A stretch of 64,000 nt of DNA, from NCBI GenBank assembly GCA_964406965.1, contig CAYOTT010000005.1:54878-118877 (forward strand), given 5' to 3'. Under the pieces are notes generated by a model. It did not search any database and was not told the DNA's origin. It saw only the letters and a program-made list of their open reading frames with translations. Within the stretch, counting starts at the first letter, position 1. Each line of letters begins with the position of its first letter. A program made the translations under genes and the position numbers. Shown here piece after piece: positions 38,819 to 49,476 of the stretch. This stretch comes from an uncultured Desulfurococcales archaeon. GTDB lineage: Archaea; Thermoproteota; Thermoprotei_A; EX4484-217-1.

Positions 38819-41182
38819 CTATATGTTGCATGTTTCACATCCACCAGCATAATCTTCGGCTACGGCATTGTATTCTTTACTTCCAATTCTAAGTTTTAAT
38901 GGTATATTTCTTGATATTTTTATGGGTTTAGGTTTAAGTTTTAATACCTTCTCCTTAAGACCGATATGTATTACTTGTTCCTTCTTAGACTTGTCCCTAT
39001 AGACAGTTATTCCCTTGCATCCAAGTTTCCAAGATTCAAAAAATACTTCTTCAACGTCTATGGGTGTTGCTTCATGCCTTAAATTTACGGTTTTAGAAAC
39101 TGCATTATCAACCCATCTTTGAAACACTGCTTGCATTCTAACATGGTCTATTGGTTTAATGTCATGTGCTACTTTAAATATTCTCCTGAGTTCTTCAGGA
39201 ACTCGGTTTATTGTTGAAAGTGTGCCTTTTTCAGCAATTTCCCAAAGCTTATCCTCTTGTAAAAGACCTCTCTTCAATAGTTCACGTATTAACAGTTTAT
39301 TTATTTCTAAAAATCTACCAATACTTATCTGCCTTATAAAGACGGCAGCAAATAAAGGCTCTATACCTGATGACGTATTAGCAATAATACTTATACTTCC
39401 CGTTGGAGCTATCGTAGTTACTGTAGCGTTTCTTAAACCATACTTCTTAATATCTTCTCTAACCTTGTCCCAGTCTATTGGTGGCCTTTCTGAAACAAGT
39501 TTTCTTACTCTTTCCGAAACCTTAGAGAGATCAACTATTTTTTCAAGAGGAACTTGCGGTTCAAAGTTTAATTTTCCTTTAACAAAAATGCTTTCCTTAA
39601 AAGCTGGGAAGCTTCCTCTCTCCTTAGCTAACTCTACACTTGCCAACTTAGCATTGTACTCTATCCATTCCATGACTTTATCAGCTATGAAAAACGCGTC
39701 TGGTGTGTCGTATGGTATTTTTAGTTTTATTAGCATGTGTGCCCATCCCATTACTCCTAAGCCTATTTTCCTAGTTTTCTTAGTAGCTTCCTCAATCCTA
39801 AAATCAGGATACCTATTAGCATCAATAACGTCATCAAGAAACCTTACCGCTAATCTTACAGCTCTTCCAAGATCCTCCCAGTCTATGTGTGGCTGGTTGT
39901 TTTCTGTTTTTACGAATTTTTCTAGGTTTATTGATCCTAAGTTGCATGATTCCCAAGGTAAAGCAGGAACCTCACCACAAGGATTAGTAGCATTAATCTT
40001 ACCTAGTTTAGGCGTCGGATTACGCTTATTTATAGTGTCTATAAATACTGCGCCAGGATCCCCTGATTTCCAAGCACAATAAATTATTTTCTCCAAAATT
40101 TCTTTAGCGTTAACCCATTTTACATGTGCTCCTCTTTTTTCACATTTCTCAACAATATCGTAAATGTTTTCTGAAAGTGCATCTTTTATTTCAGGACATT
40201 CTTTGGGGTTTACAAGCGGCCACTTTTCACCCTTTAATGAAGCTTCAATGAATTTATCGTAAAGCGCTACCGAAATATTGAAGTTTCTTAGAACTTCTTC
40301 ACCACATTTAGACATTATGAATTCCATTATGTCAGGGTGCCAAACATGCATTATTCCCATGTTAGCTCCTCTACGCTTACCTCCCTCCTTAATCACTTCG
40401 GTGGTCATATCATATATTTTCATGAAGCTTATGGGGCCTGAAGAAACACCTCCTGTTGACTCTATAAAGTCTCCTTTCGGCCTTAATTCTGAAAAGTCTG
40501 CTCCAACTCCTCCACCGCTTTTCTGAATTAGCGCTGAAATTCTTAAGGAATCAAATATTCCATTTAAATCATCAGGTATGTGGATTACGAAACATGCTGA
40601 AAGCTGTCCTAATTTTGTCCCTGCATTCATTAATGTAGGGGAGTTAGGTAAGAACTTTAAATCAGCCATGAGCTTGAAGAATTTTTGAGAAAGCCTATTT
40701 ACTTCTCTATTGGATAATCCGTATTTTTTCTCAACAGATGCTATTGAGGAAGCTACCCTCCTAAACATTTCCTCAGGTGTTTCAATAATCTTTCCTGTGC
40801 GGGAATCTTTAAGTAAGTACCTTGCTTCTAAGAGTTTTATAGCGTTAAAGCTAAGCTTTTTATCAACATCACTTATTTTTGAAGGGTCCTTGCCACAATT
40901 CTTATAAATCCTTGCTAAAGCATAGCATTTAGCGGCTTCTAACCATACAGGATTATTTATTGCCTTCTGAACTAGAATAAGCTCTACAGCATCAGCTATT
41001 TCTTGAGAAGAATACTTTTTCAAACCCCTAGCTTCAAGAGTTTCAAGAACTTCTGAAACAACCTTTCCAGCTTCTTTAATATTTATATTAGCGCATTTAA
41101 GAGCCTTAACAATGGATTCCTCCAGTTTTTCTAGGGAGAAGTATTCTTCAACACCATTTCTCTTAATAACCTTTAGCCTCAT
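38819..41182 (-). CDS. nrdJ: Class II (B12-dependent) ribonucleotide reductase with ATP cone
   Basis: ATP cone VIKRNG, PNSPTLMNAG, LSACFV, TNPCGE, CNLGS, APTGSIS, KGITVYR, C-terminal CETC. Confidence 0.95.
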   Translation of the reverse strand: MRLKVIKRNGVEEYFSLEKLEESIVKALKCANINIKEAGKVVSEVLETLEARGLKKYSSQEIADAVELILVQKAINNPVWLEAAKCYALARIYKNCGKDPSKISDVDKKLSFNAIKLLEARYLLKDSRTGKIIETPEEMFRRVASSIASVEKKYGLSNREVNRLSQKFFKLMADLKFLPNSPTLMNAGTKLGQLSACFVIHIPDDLNGIFDSLRISALIQKSGGGVGADFSELRPKGDFIESTGGVSSGPISFMKIYDMTTEVIKEGGKRRGANMGIMHVWHPDIMEFIMSKCGEEVLRNFNISVALYDKFIEASLKGEKWPLVNPKECPEIKDALSENIYDIVEKCEKRGAHVKWVNAKEILEKIIYCAWKSGDPGAVFIDTINKRNPTPKLGKINATNPCGEVPALPWESCNLGSINLEKFVKTENNQPHIDWEDLGRAVRLAVRFLDDVIDANRYPDFRIEEATKKTRKIGLGVMGWAHMLIKLKIPYDTPDAFFIADKVMEWIEYNAKLASVELAKERGSFPAFKESIFVKGKLNFEPQVPLEKIVDLSKVSERVRKLVSERPPIDWDKVREDIKKYGLRNATVTTIAPTGSISIIANTSSGIEPLFAAVFIRQISIGRFLEINKLLIRELLKRGLLQEDKLWEIAEKGTLSTINRVPEELRRIFKVAHDIKPIDHVRMQAVFQRWVDNAVSKTVNLRHEATPIDVEEVFFESWKLGCKGITVYRDKSKKEQVIHIGLKEKVLKLKPKPIKISRNIPLKLRIGSKEYNAVAEDYAGGCETCNI

Positions 41183-41184
41183 AG

Positions 41185-41391
41185 CTAATCTAACCCTACT
41201 TTAGGAGGCCTACGCTTCAATCTAATACTTCTTAGAATTTCCTCATACATATTTTCAAGAGCTTCTTTCTCACCTATTTCCTCCAGAAAACGTCTATACT
41301 CCTCTCTTAATGAGGGATTTAAGTCTTCTAATGCTTTCTCAATAACTTTTCTCCTATTTACTGCATCCTCAGGTTTAATGACTCTACACAC
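41185..41391 (-). CDS. Small hypothetical protein directly upstream of nrdJ
   Basis: 68 aa, helical and charged; 2 bp gap to the nrdJ start. Confidence 0.55.
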   Translation of the reverse strand: MCRVIKPEDAVNRRKVIEKALEDLNPSLREEYRRFLEEIGEKEALENMYEEILRSIRLKRRPPKVGLD

Positions 41392-41541
41392 CTTGTACTA
41401 CCATAGAATATTTTCTGCTTAAACGCACCTTTAAATATAGCTCAAAATGCAGGGAAGCGGAAATATGTTAATTACTAAGTATTCCTTCTTCAAAATTCAA
41501 AACCTCATTATTCATGTCTTTTATAGTTTTAAGTGTGAGCG

Positions 41542-42879
41542 TTGAAGAATGTATTACTGAGGAGAGCATATGTCATGAGCGAAGCTGAGTGGGTAAAGAA
41601 CTATACTGAATTAATGAATTTCCTAGATAAGCATGATCCCAAAAGACACTTTAGATTTAGCGGGTCTTTAGCTAAAGAGTTCGACTTAATACGTGAAAAA
41701 CTACGCGATAGCTTCATAAACCACATCTTAGGATTAGAAGTTGAAATTGCTAAGAAATGGATTAAGAAGCTTATGCACGAAATTGATAAGCTAACTCAAA
41801 ACTATAATCTTCAAGGGGTGTTGTTTTCTAAGGAACTTAGGAGTTTTATTGAAGACCCATATGCTCATTTGAGAAAGAAAATATTTAACTATATGTATGA
41901 TTTGCTGAGAGGAAAAATAGATCACGAAGAGTTCGAAAGAGTTGCTGGTGCAGCTTTAAGAACGTCTTTAAGAACAAATATGAGATCCATTTATCAAATA
42001 TGGGTTCTAACTTCACTATTAAACATACTTCATGAACATGGTAGCTACATAGTATTTCCTGAGCATGGATATTTATCCTTTGAAAGATCAGGTAAGCAAA
42101 AGTTAGGTTGGATACCGCCTAACGTTGTAATTTACGTTAGAGGAAAGGGTTTCTTAAGCTTCTTTGTTGAAGCACCTAGACCCATAGGGTGGGAAGATAG
42201 CCAAGATCTTAAAAAAGCCTGGAGTTTTTACACCGCATTAAGACCAGACATACTGGTTTATGGAGGTAAAACCCTAAACATAGTTAAGTTAGGTCACGAC
42301 CCCCCTATTGAAAGACCCAACATAATAATTGAGTGTAAAGAACTTGAGGAATGGCATATAAGAATAAGAGATATGAGGGGGCCTTTTGCTAAGCCTCTAA
42401 CCGCTGAAGAATGGAGAAGTAAATGGATTCAAGGACTATGGGATGGTTTAGCAGATATTTTAGGCGTAAAAAGAACAGAAGCTGTCGAAACAGTCAAGGA
42501 AAAGAAAACATTAAGGCTAAGAGAACACCAAGTAGTAACACTTTACAGTAGATTTTATAGACCTGACATTATGGTCTTAGTAGCTAGAGCTAAAACGCCT
42601 AGTGAAATTAAAAAGAAGCTTTTAAGAGAAAACATAGTTACGATAGATAATGTGGGTTTTAGTAAGAAGAAGCTAAATAAGGTAGTTAATATTCTCTTAG
42701 AAAAAGCAAGGCCTGAACATGGTAAAATAGCTTTCGAAATACCTTGGGAAACTTATGCTAAAATACAAGTATTAAAACGTAAAGTAGAGTCAGTAAATAA
42801 AAGAAGCATCAAATTAGAGGAATTATTGGAAAAACTTGTAACTTACGCGTTAGAAAACCCGGATGAGATTTTCCAGTAA
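41542..42879 (+). CDS. Hypothetical protein with PD-(D/E)XK-like motif
   Basis: ALRPDILV...IIIECKE; likely start at Met 41575. Confidence 0.6.
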   Translation: MKNVLLRRAYVMSEAEWVKNYTELMNFLDKHDPKRHFRFSGSLAKEFDLIREKLRDSFINHILGLEVEIAKKWIKKLMHEIDKLTQNYNLQGVLFSKELRSFIEDPYAHLRKKIFNYMYDLLRGKIDHEEFERVAGAALRTSLRTNMRSIYQIWVLTSLLNILHEHGSYIVFPEHGYLSFERSGKQKLGWIPPNVVIYVRGKGFLSFFVEAPRPIGWEDSQDLKKAWSFYTALRPDILVYGGKTLNIVKLGHDPPIERPNIIIECKELEEWHIRIRDMRGPFAKPLTAEEWRSKWIQGLWDGLADILGVKRTEAVETVKEKKTLRLREHQVVTLYSRFYRPDIMVLVARAKTPSEIKKKLLRENIVTIDNVGFSKKKLNKVVNILLEKARPEHGKIAFEIPWETYAKIQVLKRKVESVNKRSIKLEELLEKLVTYALENPDEIFQ

Positions 42880-42880
42880 G

Positions 42881-43312
42881 TCAAGTCCATCTATGCTTAA
42901 ACTCAGAAATAACGTTGGCCCCTCCCGGTAATGCATATATGAACATTTCCAAAAATGGATCAACAATACATCCCTCAAGGACATGTCCTGCGTAAACTTC
43001 TTCCTTAGATTTAGCAATGACTGCGTGTAAATGCGGGTAATATTCTCCATTAGGAGCTCTTACAAAATTCCCTATTAACGAAGCAGCCTCTAATACGTGT
43101 CCTTTTAAAGGCTCAATAATGACCTCATCGTAACCATCCCCCTTAAAAATACCTATTTTTGCCCTTCCTAACCCCCCAATACCCATTATAAAGCCTAGTT
43201 CTAAACCCGTTTGAGGAAGTAGCTTACGAAATTCCTTAAGTAAATCCTCTCCCTTCAATAACTTTACATAATAAATACTTTCTGTTAAGGAAAAAAGACG
43301 TCCCATTAGCAA
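42881..43312 (-). CDS. PPC/DUF296 domain protein
   Basis: GEDLL, GIGG, SLIGN, HLHA, AGHVLEG. Confidence 0.88.
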   Translation of the reverse strand: MLMGRLFSLTESIYYVKLLKGEDLLKEFRKLLPQTGLELGFIMGIGGLGRAKIGIFKGDGYDEVIIEPLKGHVLEAASLIGNFVRAPNGEYYPHLHAVIAKSKEEVYAGHVLEGCIVDPFLEMFIYALPGGANVISEFKHRWT

Positions 43313-43354
43313 ATCCCACTAAACAATATATTTACTGAAATGTAAAAATAGTTT

Positions 43355-43819
43355 TTGGGGATAAATAAAGTGTCATCAAATAGAGACTATTTAGAGAACA
43401 TTATAAGGAAGTTAAGGAAGCATTTAAGGCTGGAAGAGAAGTCCATAGAAATGTATGGGTCAGCTCTTAAGAGAATAAAATCACCGGTACTTAGAGAGGT
43501 ACTAGAGGGTATTTTGATTGATAGTTTAGCTCATAGGGAATTACTGAAGGCATCAATTAACGTTCTTAAAGAAGTTTCTAGAACGAACTTTAAGGTCGAA
43601 GCGGAACGAATAGGAGAGGAAGAGGAAACGAAAGAGTTAATAGAGGTGTTAAAGGGACATTTAAGACTTGAAGAAAACGCTGTAAAGGGCTTAATAGATT
43701 TGGCAGAGAAAGTTAATATTTATTCGATAAGGGAGACCTTAAGAACACTGTATGAAGATGAAAGAAGACATCACATTATGCTGAAAAACATAATAATGGC
43801 GCTTGAAGAACAATTTTAA
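43355..43819 (+). CDS. Ferritin-like/rubrerythrin-fold protein
   Basis: Duplicated HLRLEE...DSLAH and HLRLEE...DERRH helix pairs. Confidence 0.8.
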   Translation: MGINKVSSNRDYLENIIRKLRKHLRLEEKSIEMYGSALKRIKSPVLREVLEGILIDSLAHRELLKASINVLKEVSRTNFKVEAERIGEEEETKELIEVLKGHLRLEENAVKGLIDLAEKVNIYSIRETLRTLYEDERRHHIMLKNIIMALEEQF

Positions 43820-43834
43820 ACAGGGAATCCTTGT

Positions 43835-44584
43835 TTGGAAAAGAAATTAACCACGATTATCTCTTATGTTAATGAAGAGGAATTAAGAGAAATAGTAGAT
43901 TACATAGATGAGATTTTAGATAAACACAATAACGCTATAGTTGCGATTTATCCTAAAAGAAATCTACTAGAAAGCATTATTTTAAAAGCAATTTCTAAAG
44001 TGTTTTTTAAAACAAATAAACTAGTAGACCCTGAGCCATTAGCTATAGTAATGCTTCACAATTATAATGTTCCAAAAGTCTCTGATTCGAAAGAAATACT
44101 AGATTTTATACTAAGAAATGATGTTAAAGCACATGTAATAAGTTATCGTAAGAACTTAGGTTTAGTAAAAACATTAAGGTACATCTTAAGAGCTATAAAA
44201 AAAGTTAATTATAGACCTATTAAGTTTGGTTTAGTTGGTTCCTCCGGAATCCTCGTTAATGAGGGCATCTTATGGTTACTTGTAGTAAATGGTGTAAACG
44301 TTAAGTTTGCTAGTCCCATAGCTATAGAAGTTTCTATTTTAAATAACTTTATTTTAAACAATTACTGGACTTTTAAAGAGTTTAGAGGAGGGTTTTTCAG
44401 AAAGCTTGTCAAGTACCATGTAGCAGTAGCTTTAGGAGCCATTACAAACTACATTACCTTAATCTCACTTACATTAATTTTAGGGATACATTACTTACTT
44501 GCTAATTTGCTAGGCATTTTTGCTGGCTACGTAGTAAACTATATCATAAGCGAGTTGTTTGTTTGGACCAAAAATAATATTTAG
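43835..44584 (+). CDS. GtrA-family protein with a degenerate N-terminal glycosyltransferase-like domain
   Basis: KFGLVGSSGILVN, NNFILNNYWTF, NYIISELFVW. Confidence 0.75.
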   Translation: MEKKLTTIISYVNEEELREIVDYIDEILDKHNNAIVAIYPKRNLLESIILKAISKVFFKTNKLVDPEPLAIVMLHNYNVPKVSDSKEILDFILRNDVKAHVISYRKNLGLVKTLRYILRAIKKVNYRPIKFGLVGSSGILVNEGILWLLVVNGVNVKFASPIAIEVSILNNFILNNYWTFKEFRGGFFRKLVKYHVAVALGAITNYITLISLTLILGIHYLLANLLGIFAGYVVNYIISELFVWTKNNI

Positions 44585-44597
44585 TTTTATTTGCGAT

Positions 44598-45608
44598 TTA
44601 CGTAAAGCCTGGTTTCCTTACGTTTACTACTTCCTTATTTACAAGAGTTGGCGGGATTTCTCCTTTGGCAAAAGCAATTAGGTTTTCAGCTACAATATTT
44701 GCCATTTTCATTCTGGTTTCCCAAGAAGCACTACCAGCATGAGGTGCTAGGACAACGTTCTTTAATTTACATAGTGGATGATCTGGTGGTAGAGGTTCTT
44801 CTTCAAAAACATCAAGAGCGGCGCCTGCTATCCATCCTTCCTTTAAAGCTTTAACTAAAGCATTAGTATCTACAACTGCCCCTCTCGCAGTATTTATGAG
44901 GAAAGCTGTTTTCTTCATTAACTTAAGCTCTTTCTCACCTATCATATATTTTGTTTCAGGAGTTAAAGCCACATGGAGAGATACTATGTCGCTTTCTTTA
45001 AGAAGAGTTTCTAAATCAACATATTTTACTCCAAGTTCCCTTTCTAATTCAGGCTTTCTTCTCCTATCGTAGTACAGAATTTTCATGTTGAAACCTTTTG
45101 CTCTTCTAGCTACAGCAGAACCTATTCTACCTAAACCAACTATGCCTAATGTTTTACCATAAACATCGTATCCCAACATCATCATAGGATGCCACCCGGT
45201 TTTACTGCACCACCATTCTCCACTTCTAACATAATGATCGGCTTCAACAATTCTCCTAGATACAGCTAATATTAGAGCCCATGTATGATCAGCGACTGTT
45301 TCAGTAAGTACTCCTGGAGTATTCGTAACGTATATTCCCTGTTTCGTAGCGCATTCAACGTCTATGTTATCATAGCCTACAGCATATTGCGCTATAATCC
45401 TTAGTTTAGGTGCATTCTCTAAGAGATTGCAGTCTATTCTATCAGTTAATAGGGAAACTAAAGCATTAACTTCCCTAACTTTTTCTAATAAAACGCTATA
45501 AGGTGGTGGTGAATATTTATCCCAAACTTCGATTTCGTAATATTCCTTAAGTCTCTCAACAACATTTCCTGGCAACTGCCTTGTAATGAAGAGTCTAGGT
45601 TTACCCAT
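44598..45608 (-). CDS. gyaR: Glyoxylate reductase (D-2-hydroxyacid dehydrogenase)
   Basis: [45 protein letters not shown]. Confidence 0.92.
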   Translation of the reverse strand: MGKPRLFITRQLPGNVVERLKEYYEIEVWDKYSPPPYSVLLEKVREVNALVSLLTDRIDCNLLENAPKLRIIAQYAVGYDNIDVECATKQGIYVTNTPGVLTETVADHTWALILAVSRRIVEADHYVRSGEWWCSKTGWHPMMMLGYDVYGKTLGIVGLGRIGSAVARRAKGFNMKILYYDRRRKPELERELGVKYVDLETLLKESDIVSLHVALTPETKYMIGEKELKLMKKTAFLINTARGAVVDTNALVKALKEGWIAGAALDVFEEEPLPPDHPLCKLKNVVLAPHAGSASWETRMKMANIVAENLIAFAKGEIPPTLVNKEVVNVRKPGFT

Positions 45609-45731
45609 AGTCTTAAGCCTCTTTAGGAAATCGGCTATTCTTAAATCTAAATTTTACCCAAAATAAACTACGTCGTATCTTCTTTAATTATCGGTTTAAT
45701 TATCGGGGATGCCGTTTAAACACGCTTTAAA

Positions 45732-46316
45732 CTAAAAGTAATTTACTATTTCGTATATGCTTCTAACACTATCGCACCCTCTAAGTTCATTGAAACTTCC
45801 CACAATAACTGTTTTACATCCCATTTTTAACCCGGCTTCATAATCCCATAGGGTATCGCCTATAAACACGGTCTTTGAAGGCTTTACACCAAGTTTGTCG
45901 ATAGCAATCCTTAACTGTACAAACCTGTCTAAGCTATCATCACGTGTTATTATTGTTCTAAAAAATTTAGTGAGACCCAACCTGTTTAAAATTATTAATG
46001 CTGTTCTTCTATTTTGTAAAGTTACGAGGCCTATTTTTGTGTTCCTAAATTTTAAGTAAGTAAAAATTTCGTAGAGTTTTTTATCGAAAAAGACTTTTCT
46101 TGCTGCCTCCAGCTCTTCTTTCTCTATAATCTTAAATGCTTTCTCTCTAAGTTTAGGATTGTTCCGTGTAAGTATGTATACACTTAACCCTAAGGGCTTC
46201 AAGGGATGATTTGTTTTAAGAACCTCTCTTACTTTCGCTCTTAATTTATCCCAGTTTATATTGGTTTTTACTAAAGTTCCATCTAAGTCAGTTATTAACG
46301 CTTCATACTTACCCAA
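45732..46316 (-). CDS. HAD-superfamily hydrolase
   Basis: DLDGTLV, FIGDTLWD. Confidence 0.88.
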   Translation of the reverse strand: MGKYEALITDLDGTLVKTNINWDKLRAKVREVLKTNHPLKPLGLSVYILTRNNPKLREKAFKIIEKEELEAARKVFFDKKLYEIFTYLKFRNTKIGLVTLQNRRTALIILNRLGLTKFFRTIITRDDSLDRFVQLRIAIDKLGVKPSKTVFIGDTLWDYEAGLKMGCKTVIVGSFNELRGCDSVRSIYEIVNYF

Positions 46317-46325
46317 ACTTACACC

Positions 46326-46604
46326 TTAAATTCTCATCGTTGCTCTAAGGAGCATGTCTTTAAAATCTCCTTCAGAAGGCCTATAACCTACCGCCATTAA
46401 AACTCCGTTAACTGCTATACTTGGTGAAACCAATATGCCATACCTAGAAATTACTTCATCATCAAAAATGTCCTTAATTATAGTCTTAATAGTAAGCTTT
46501 CTTAATTTTTCAGCTACTTTTACAATGGTATTAACTATGGCTTCTCCCTCCTCTAATTTATCAACAAAAACTTCAACTACGACTAATTCCTTCTCCTTAT
46601 TCAC
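46326..46604 (-). CDS. Thioredoxin-fold protein lacking CXXC
   Basis: YGILVSPSIAVNG cis-Pro motif; no cysteines. Confidence 0.6.
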   Translation of the reverse strand: MNKEKELVVVEVFVDKLEEGEAIVNTIVKVAEKLRKLTIKTIIKDIFDDEVISRYGILVSPSIAVNGVLMAVGYRPSEGDFKDMLLRATMRI

Positions 46605-46623
46605 GCCGATAACCCCTCGATTT

Positions 46624-47976
46624 TTAGAGCGTGTGCTTTGTTGTATGAATTCTCTCTACCAAAATGTAGGGGGCTATGGTAGGTATTTCAGCTTCCCACC
46701 ATTTAATTTGATATCTTCTTCTACCCAAGTCTTTTATATTACGAAGCAATCTAGGTAGTCTATCTGTTATCCTAAGTTTCGTCACAGCTTTACTTATTTC
46801 ACCGTTTTCTATAAGAAATAGTGCATCTCTTGTTACTGTTGAAAACATTCCTTCAACATAGTTTTGCAACCTAGTATACCAATTGTTCGTTATTAAGAGC
46901 CCCTTCTTAACTTCTGCTATTAATTCATCATATTTAAGTTCTCCAGCCGCTATTTCCAATGACCATGGATGCGGATTTATCCAGCCAGCATTTCCCGTAG
47001 ATTTGACCCCATATTTTCTCGCTGTTTTACTATTGTGAAGAAATGTTTTCAAAATACCTTTCTCTATTATCGCATTTCTTCTCGTTAAAACACCTTCATC
47101 ATCAACATATGTCATAGAGTACGACTCTGGGTTTCTCGGATCATCAATTAATGTTAACTTATCAGAGGCTACAACATCACCTACTTTATTATTTGCAAAA
47201 ATAGATAAGCCCATGTCAACTTCAAAAGCTGAAGCCATAGTACCTATTATGTTGAAAATGTTACTTACAACCATCGGTGAAAGTATTACATCATACACGT
47301 CTGCTGCTACCTTTTCCCTTCTTTTAGAGGCTAATGCATATTCTGAAGCTATTCTTGTTGTTTCAACAATTTCTTCTCTTCTAAGAATTCTTCCAGCCGA
47401 TGCCCATTGCCCACTTCCTTCACCTTTAAATACTCTCACATAGAATTCGTATTTTCCATAACTTTCTAATGTTTCAACTCCCGTAGATGTGGCTAAGGCT
47501 TCAAAACCAGCTACAACCTTAAACATTCCAGCAAGTTTATCTATTTCATAAGTTAATGCTGCGTTTAAAATTTCTTCAGAGTACGTTTCAGGTTCAGTAA
47601 GAGCCTTAATTATTGAATCATGTATTTCAGCTGGTCCTTTAATTTTCGTTTCAAGCTTAGGTAATGGCGCATAGTATTCTGATGGTTCAGAAAGCTCTAT
47701 TTCTGAAACAAAGTTTCTAATGAAGCCAAGGGCGTCTTCTTCCCGAGGTATTTCGAAGCTTAACGTTGTCACCCTTCTATTCTTAGCTAAATATACTGAT
47801 ACGCTAACGTTATTCCAGCTTTGCAAAATACTTGGCTGACTATTAGCGAATTTCACCATCGCTTCATCTTCATAATTCACTATGGCAGCTACCTCTTCAA
47901 ACCCCGCCTTTAAAGCTTCAGTTACGGTTTTTTTAGCTAAACTTACAATTTTATTTTCATCTATTTCCTCAATCAA
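46624..47976 (-). CDS. TldE/PmbA family protein
   Basis: KFANS, DDEG, STGNAG, WYTR; the likely TTG start at 47976 overlaps the tldD stop (TTGA). Confidence 0.88.
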   Translation of the reverse strand: MIEEIDENKIVSLAKKTVTEALKAGFEEVAAIVNYEDEAMVKFANSQPSILQSWNNVSVSVYLAKNRRVTTLSFEIPREEDALGFIRNFVSEIELSEPSEYYAPLPKLETKIKGPAEIHDSIIKALTEPETYSEEILNAALTYEIDKLAGMFKVVAGFEALATSTGVETLESYGKYEFYVRVFKGEGSGQWASAGRILRREEIVETTRIASEYALASKRREKVAADVYDVILSPMVVSNIFNIIGTMASAFEVDMGLSIFANNKVGDVVASDKLTLIDDPRNPESYSMTYVDDEGVLTRRNAIIEKGILKTFLHNSKTARKYGVKSTGNAGWINPHPWSLEIAAGELKYDELIAEVKKGLLITNNWYTRLQNYVEGMFSTVTRDALFLIENGEISKAVTKLRITDRLPRLLRNIKDLGRRRYQIKWWEAEIPTIAPYILVERIHTTKHTL

Positions 47977-49409
47977 TAGGGAGCAACCCCCAAAACTATA
48001 CTCCTCAATCTGACATTGGGTCCCCCAAACCACACAGGAACTCCCTGCGCAGGCTCACCCTTACCACATGTTCCAGCATGAAATTCTAAGCTTCTATCTG
48101 CAGCATCTACACTATTATAGAAGCTTTCAGTCGTTATTTCGAGGACAGGGTATTTTACATATCCTCTAATTTCGCCTTTTTCAATAAGGTATGATTCTAA
48201 ACCAACATATCGTTGGCTCCATCTTAAATCGTCAATGTTCCACTCCATGTATGATTTAATGTATACTCCTAACTTAATATCTTCTATTAACTCTTCAAAA
48301 CTCATATCTCCCGGTTTAAAATATGTATTAGACATTCTAATTATAGGCTCTGAAGCATAATCTTTAGCTCTAGCTGAACCATTGCTTACAACGCCAAACA
48401 TTCTTGCAGTCCATCTATTATGAAGAAGCTCATTAATTATTCCATTTTTATATAAATACTTAGGCCTTGCTTTAACGCCTTCATCATCGTAAAGGTAATA
48501 ACCATAGCTTTCAGGAATAGTTGGGTCGTCTATTACGTTAACTATTTCGTTGCCTATTCTCTCCTTTCCTACCATGTCTTTTTTAATGAAACTTTCACCA
48601 GCCTGAGCAGCTTCCCTACCTAAAATCCTATCTGCTTCGCTAGGATGTCCGCATGACTCATGAACTATTAATCCGACAACTTCGCTTCCAATCACAACGT
48701 CTACTTTCTCTTTAGGAGGAGATTTACCTTCAAGAAGTACTTTTTCAAGTATTTTAGCTTCAGTTACAACTTTCTCTTTAATATTCCATTTCTCCAGAAG
48801 TTCTAAGCCCCCGCTGCTGCCCCTTTCAAAAAATCTTTGCATAGTGCCTTTTTCAGGCGCATTTATTACGAAATTGCCGTAAATGCTTACTCTTGGAACA
48901 TAGCTTTTCACTTTAACACCTTCACTTGTTACTAGCAATTTTTCCTCGGAACTTTCAATATACTCTATGAAAAATGCTTGCATTCTAGATTTCCTCAGCG
49001 CATTTCTGGCTTCACTCCAGATTTCCTTAAAAAGCGCTATCTTGTCTTTAAGGCTCATACTATCAAAATTTTTCTTCATAGGTGCACTGTATTTTGCTTC
49101 TCTAGGTTTCATATGAGCAAGCTCTATAGGCTCTCTGTATTGGGCAGCTAAAGCCCTTGCCTTCTCTATGGCTCTTTTAACTATTTTTGTAAGTGCTTCA
49201 CGTGATAAAATGTTTGTAGAAGCGAAGCCTAAAGATCCATTTACTAAAACCCTTACACCTACTCCCTCGCTTACTGACTTCCCTACGCTAATTACTTTAT
49301 CATATTTCATTACAATATATGATTCTGCTACTCTATGATACCTAGCTTCAACATATTCTGCACCCTCACTAGTGCCGACGCTGACAACATGGTTCAAGAG
49401 CTCCTCCAT
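47973..49409 (-). CDS. tldD: TldD metalloprotease
   Basis: HESCGHPSEAD, YDDEG, RMSNTY, CGKGEP. Confidence 0.93.
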   Translation of the reverse strand: MEELLNHVVSVGTSEGAEYVEARYHRVAESYIVMKYDKVISVGKSVSEGVGVRVLVNGSLGFASTNILSREALTKIVKRAIEKARALAAQYREPIELAHMKPREAKYSAPMKKNFDSMSLKDKIALFKEIWSEARNALRKSRMQAFFIEYIESSEEKLLVTSEGVKVKSYVPRVSIYGNFVINAPEKGTMQRFFERGSSGGLELLEKWNIKEKVVTEAKILEKVLLEGKSPPKEKVDVVIGSEVVGLIVHESCGHPSEADRILGREAAQAGESFIKKDMVGKERIGNEIVNVIDDPTIPESYGYYLYDDEGVKARPKYLYKNGIINELLHNRWTARMFGVVSNGSARAKDYASEPIIRMSNTYFKPGDMSFEELIEDIKLGVYIKSYMEWNIDDLRWSQRYVGLESYLIEKGEIRGYVKYPVLEITTESFYNSVDAADRSLEFHAGTCGKGEPAQGVPVWFGGPNVRLRSIVLGVAPY

Positions 49410-49476
49410 TTTAAAAAACCTTTAAACCTTTAGTTACAGTTCTTGCTGAATAAGACTGTATCGCTTCTAATAAAAC

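Noticed and set aside
39159..40082. 307-aa plus-strand ORF and similar antisense ORFs (for example 7682-8149 and 18783-19415)
   Set aside because: Shadow frames opposite well-supported genes, with Ser/Leu/Phe-rich composition and no motifs.
38819..41182. Intein in NrdJ
   Set aside because: The catalytic motifs are contiguous and the length is normal; no Hint motifs.
45683..45706. Tandem 12-bp duplication TTTAATTATCGG x2 upstream of gyaR
   Set aside because: Only two copies and no spacer; likely a slippage duplication, not CRISPR or an element end.
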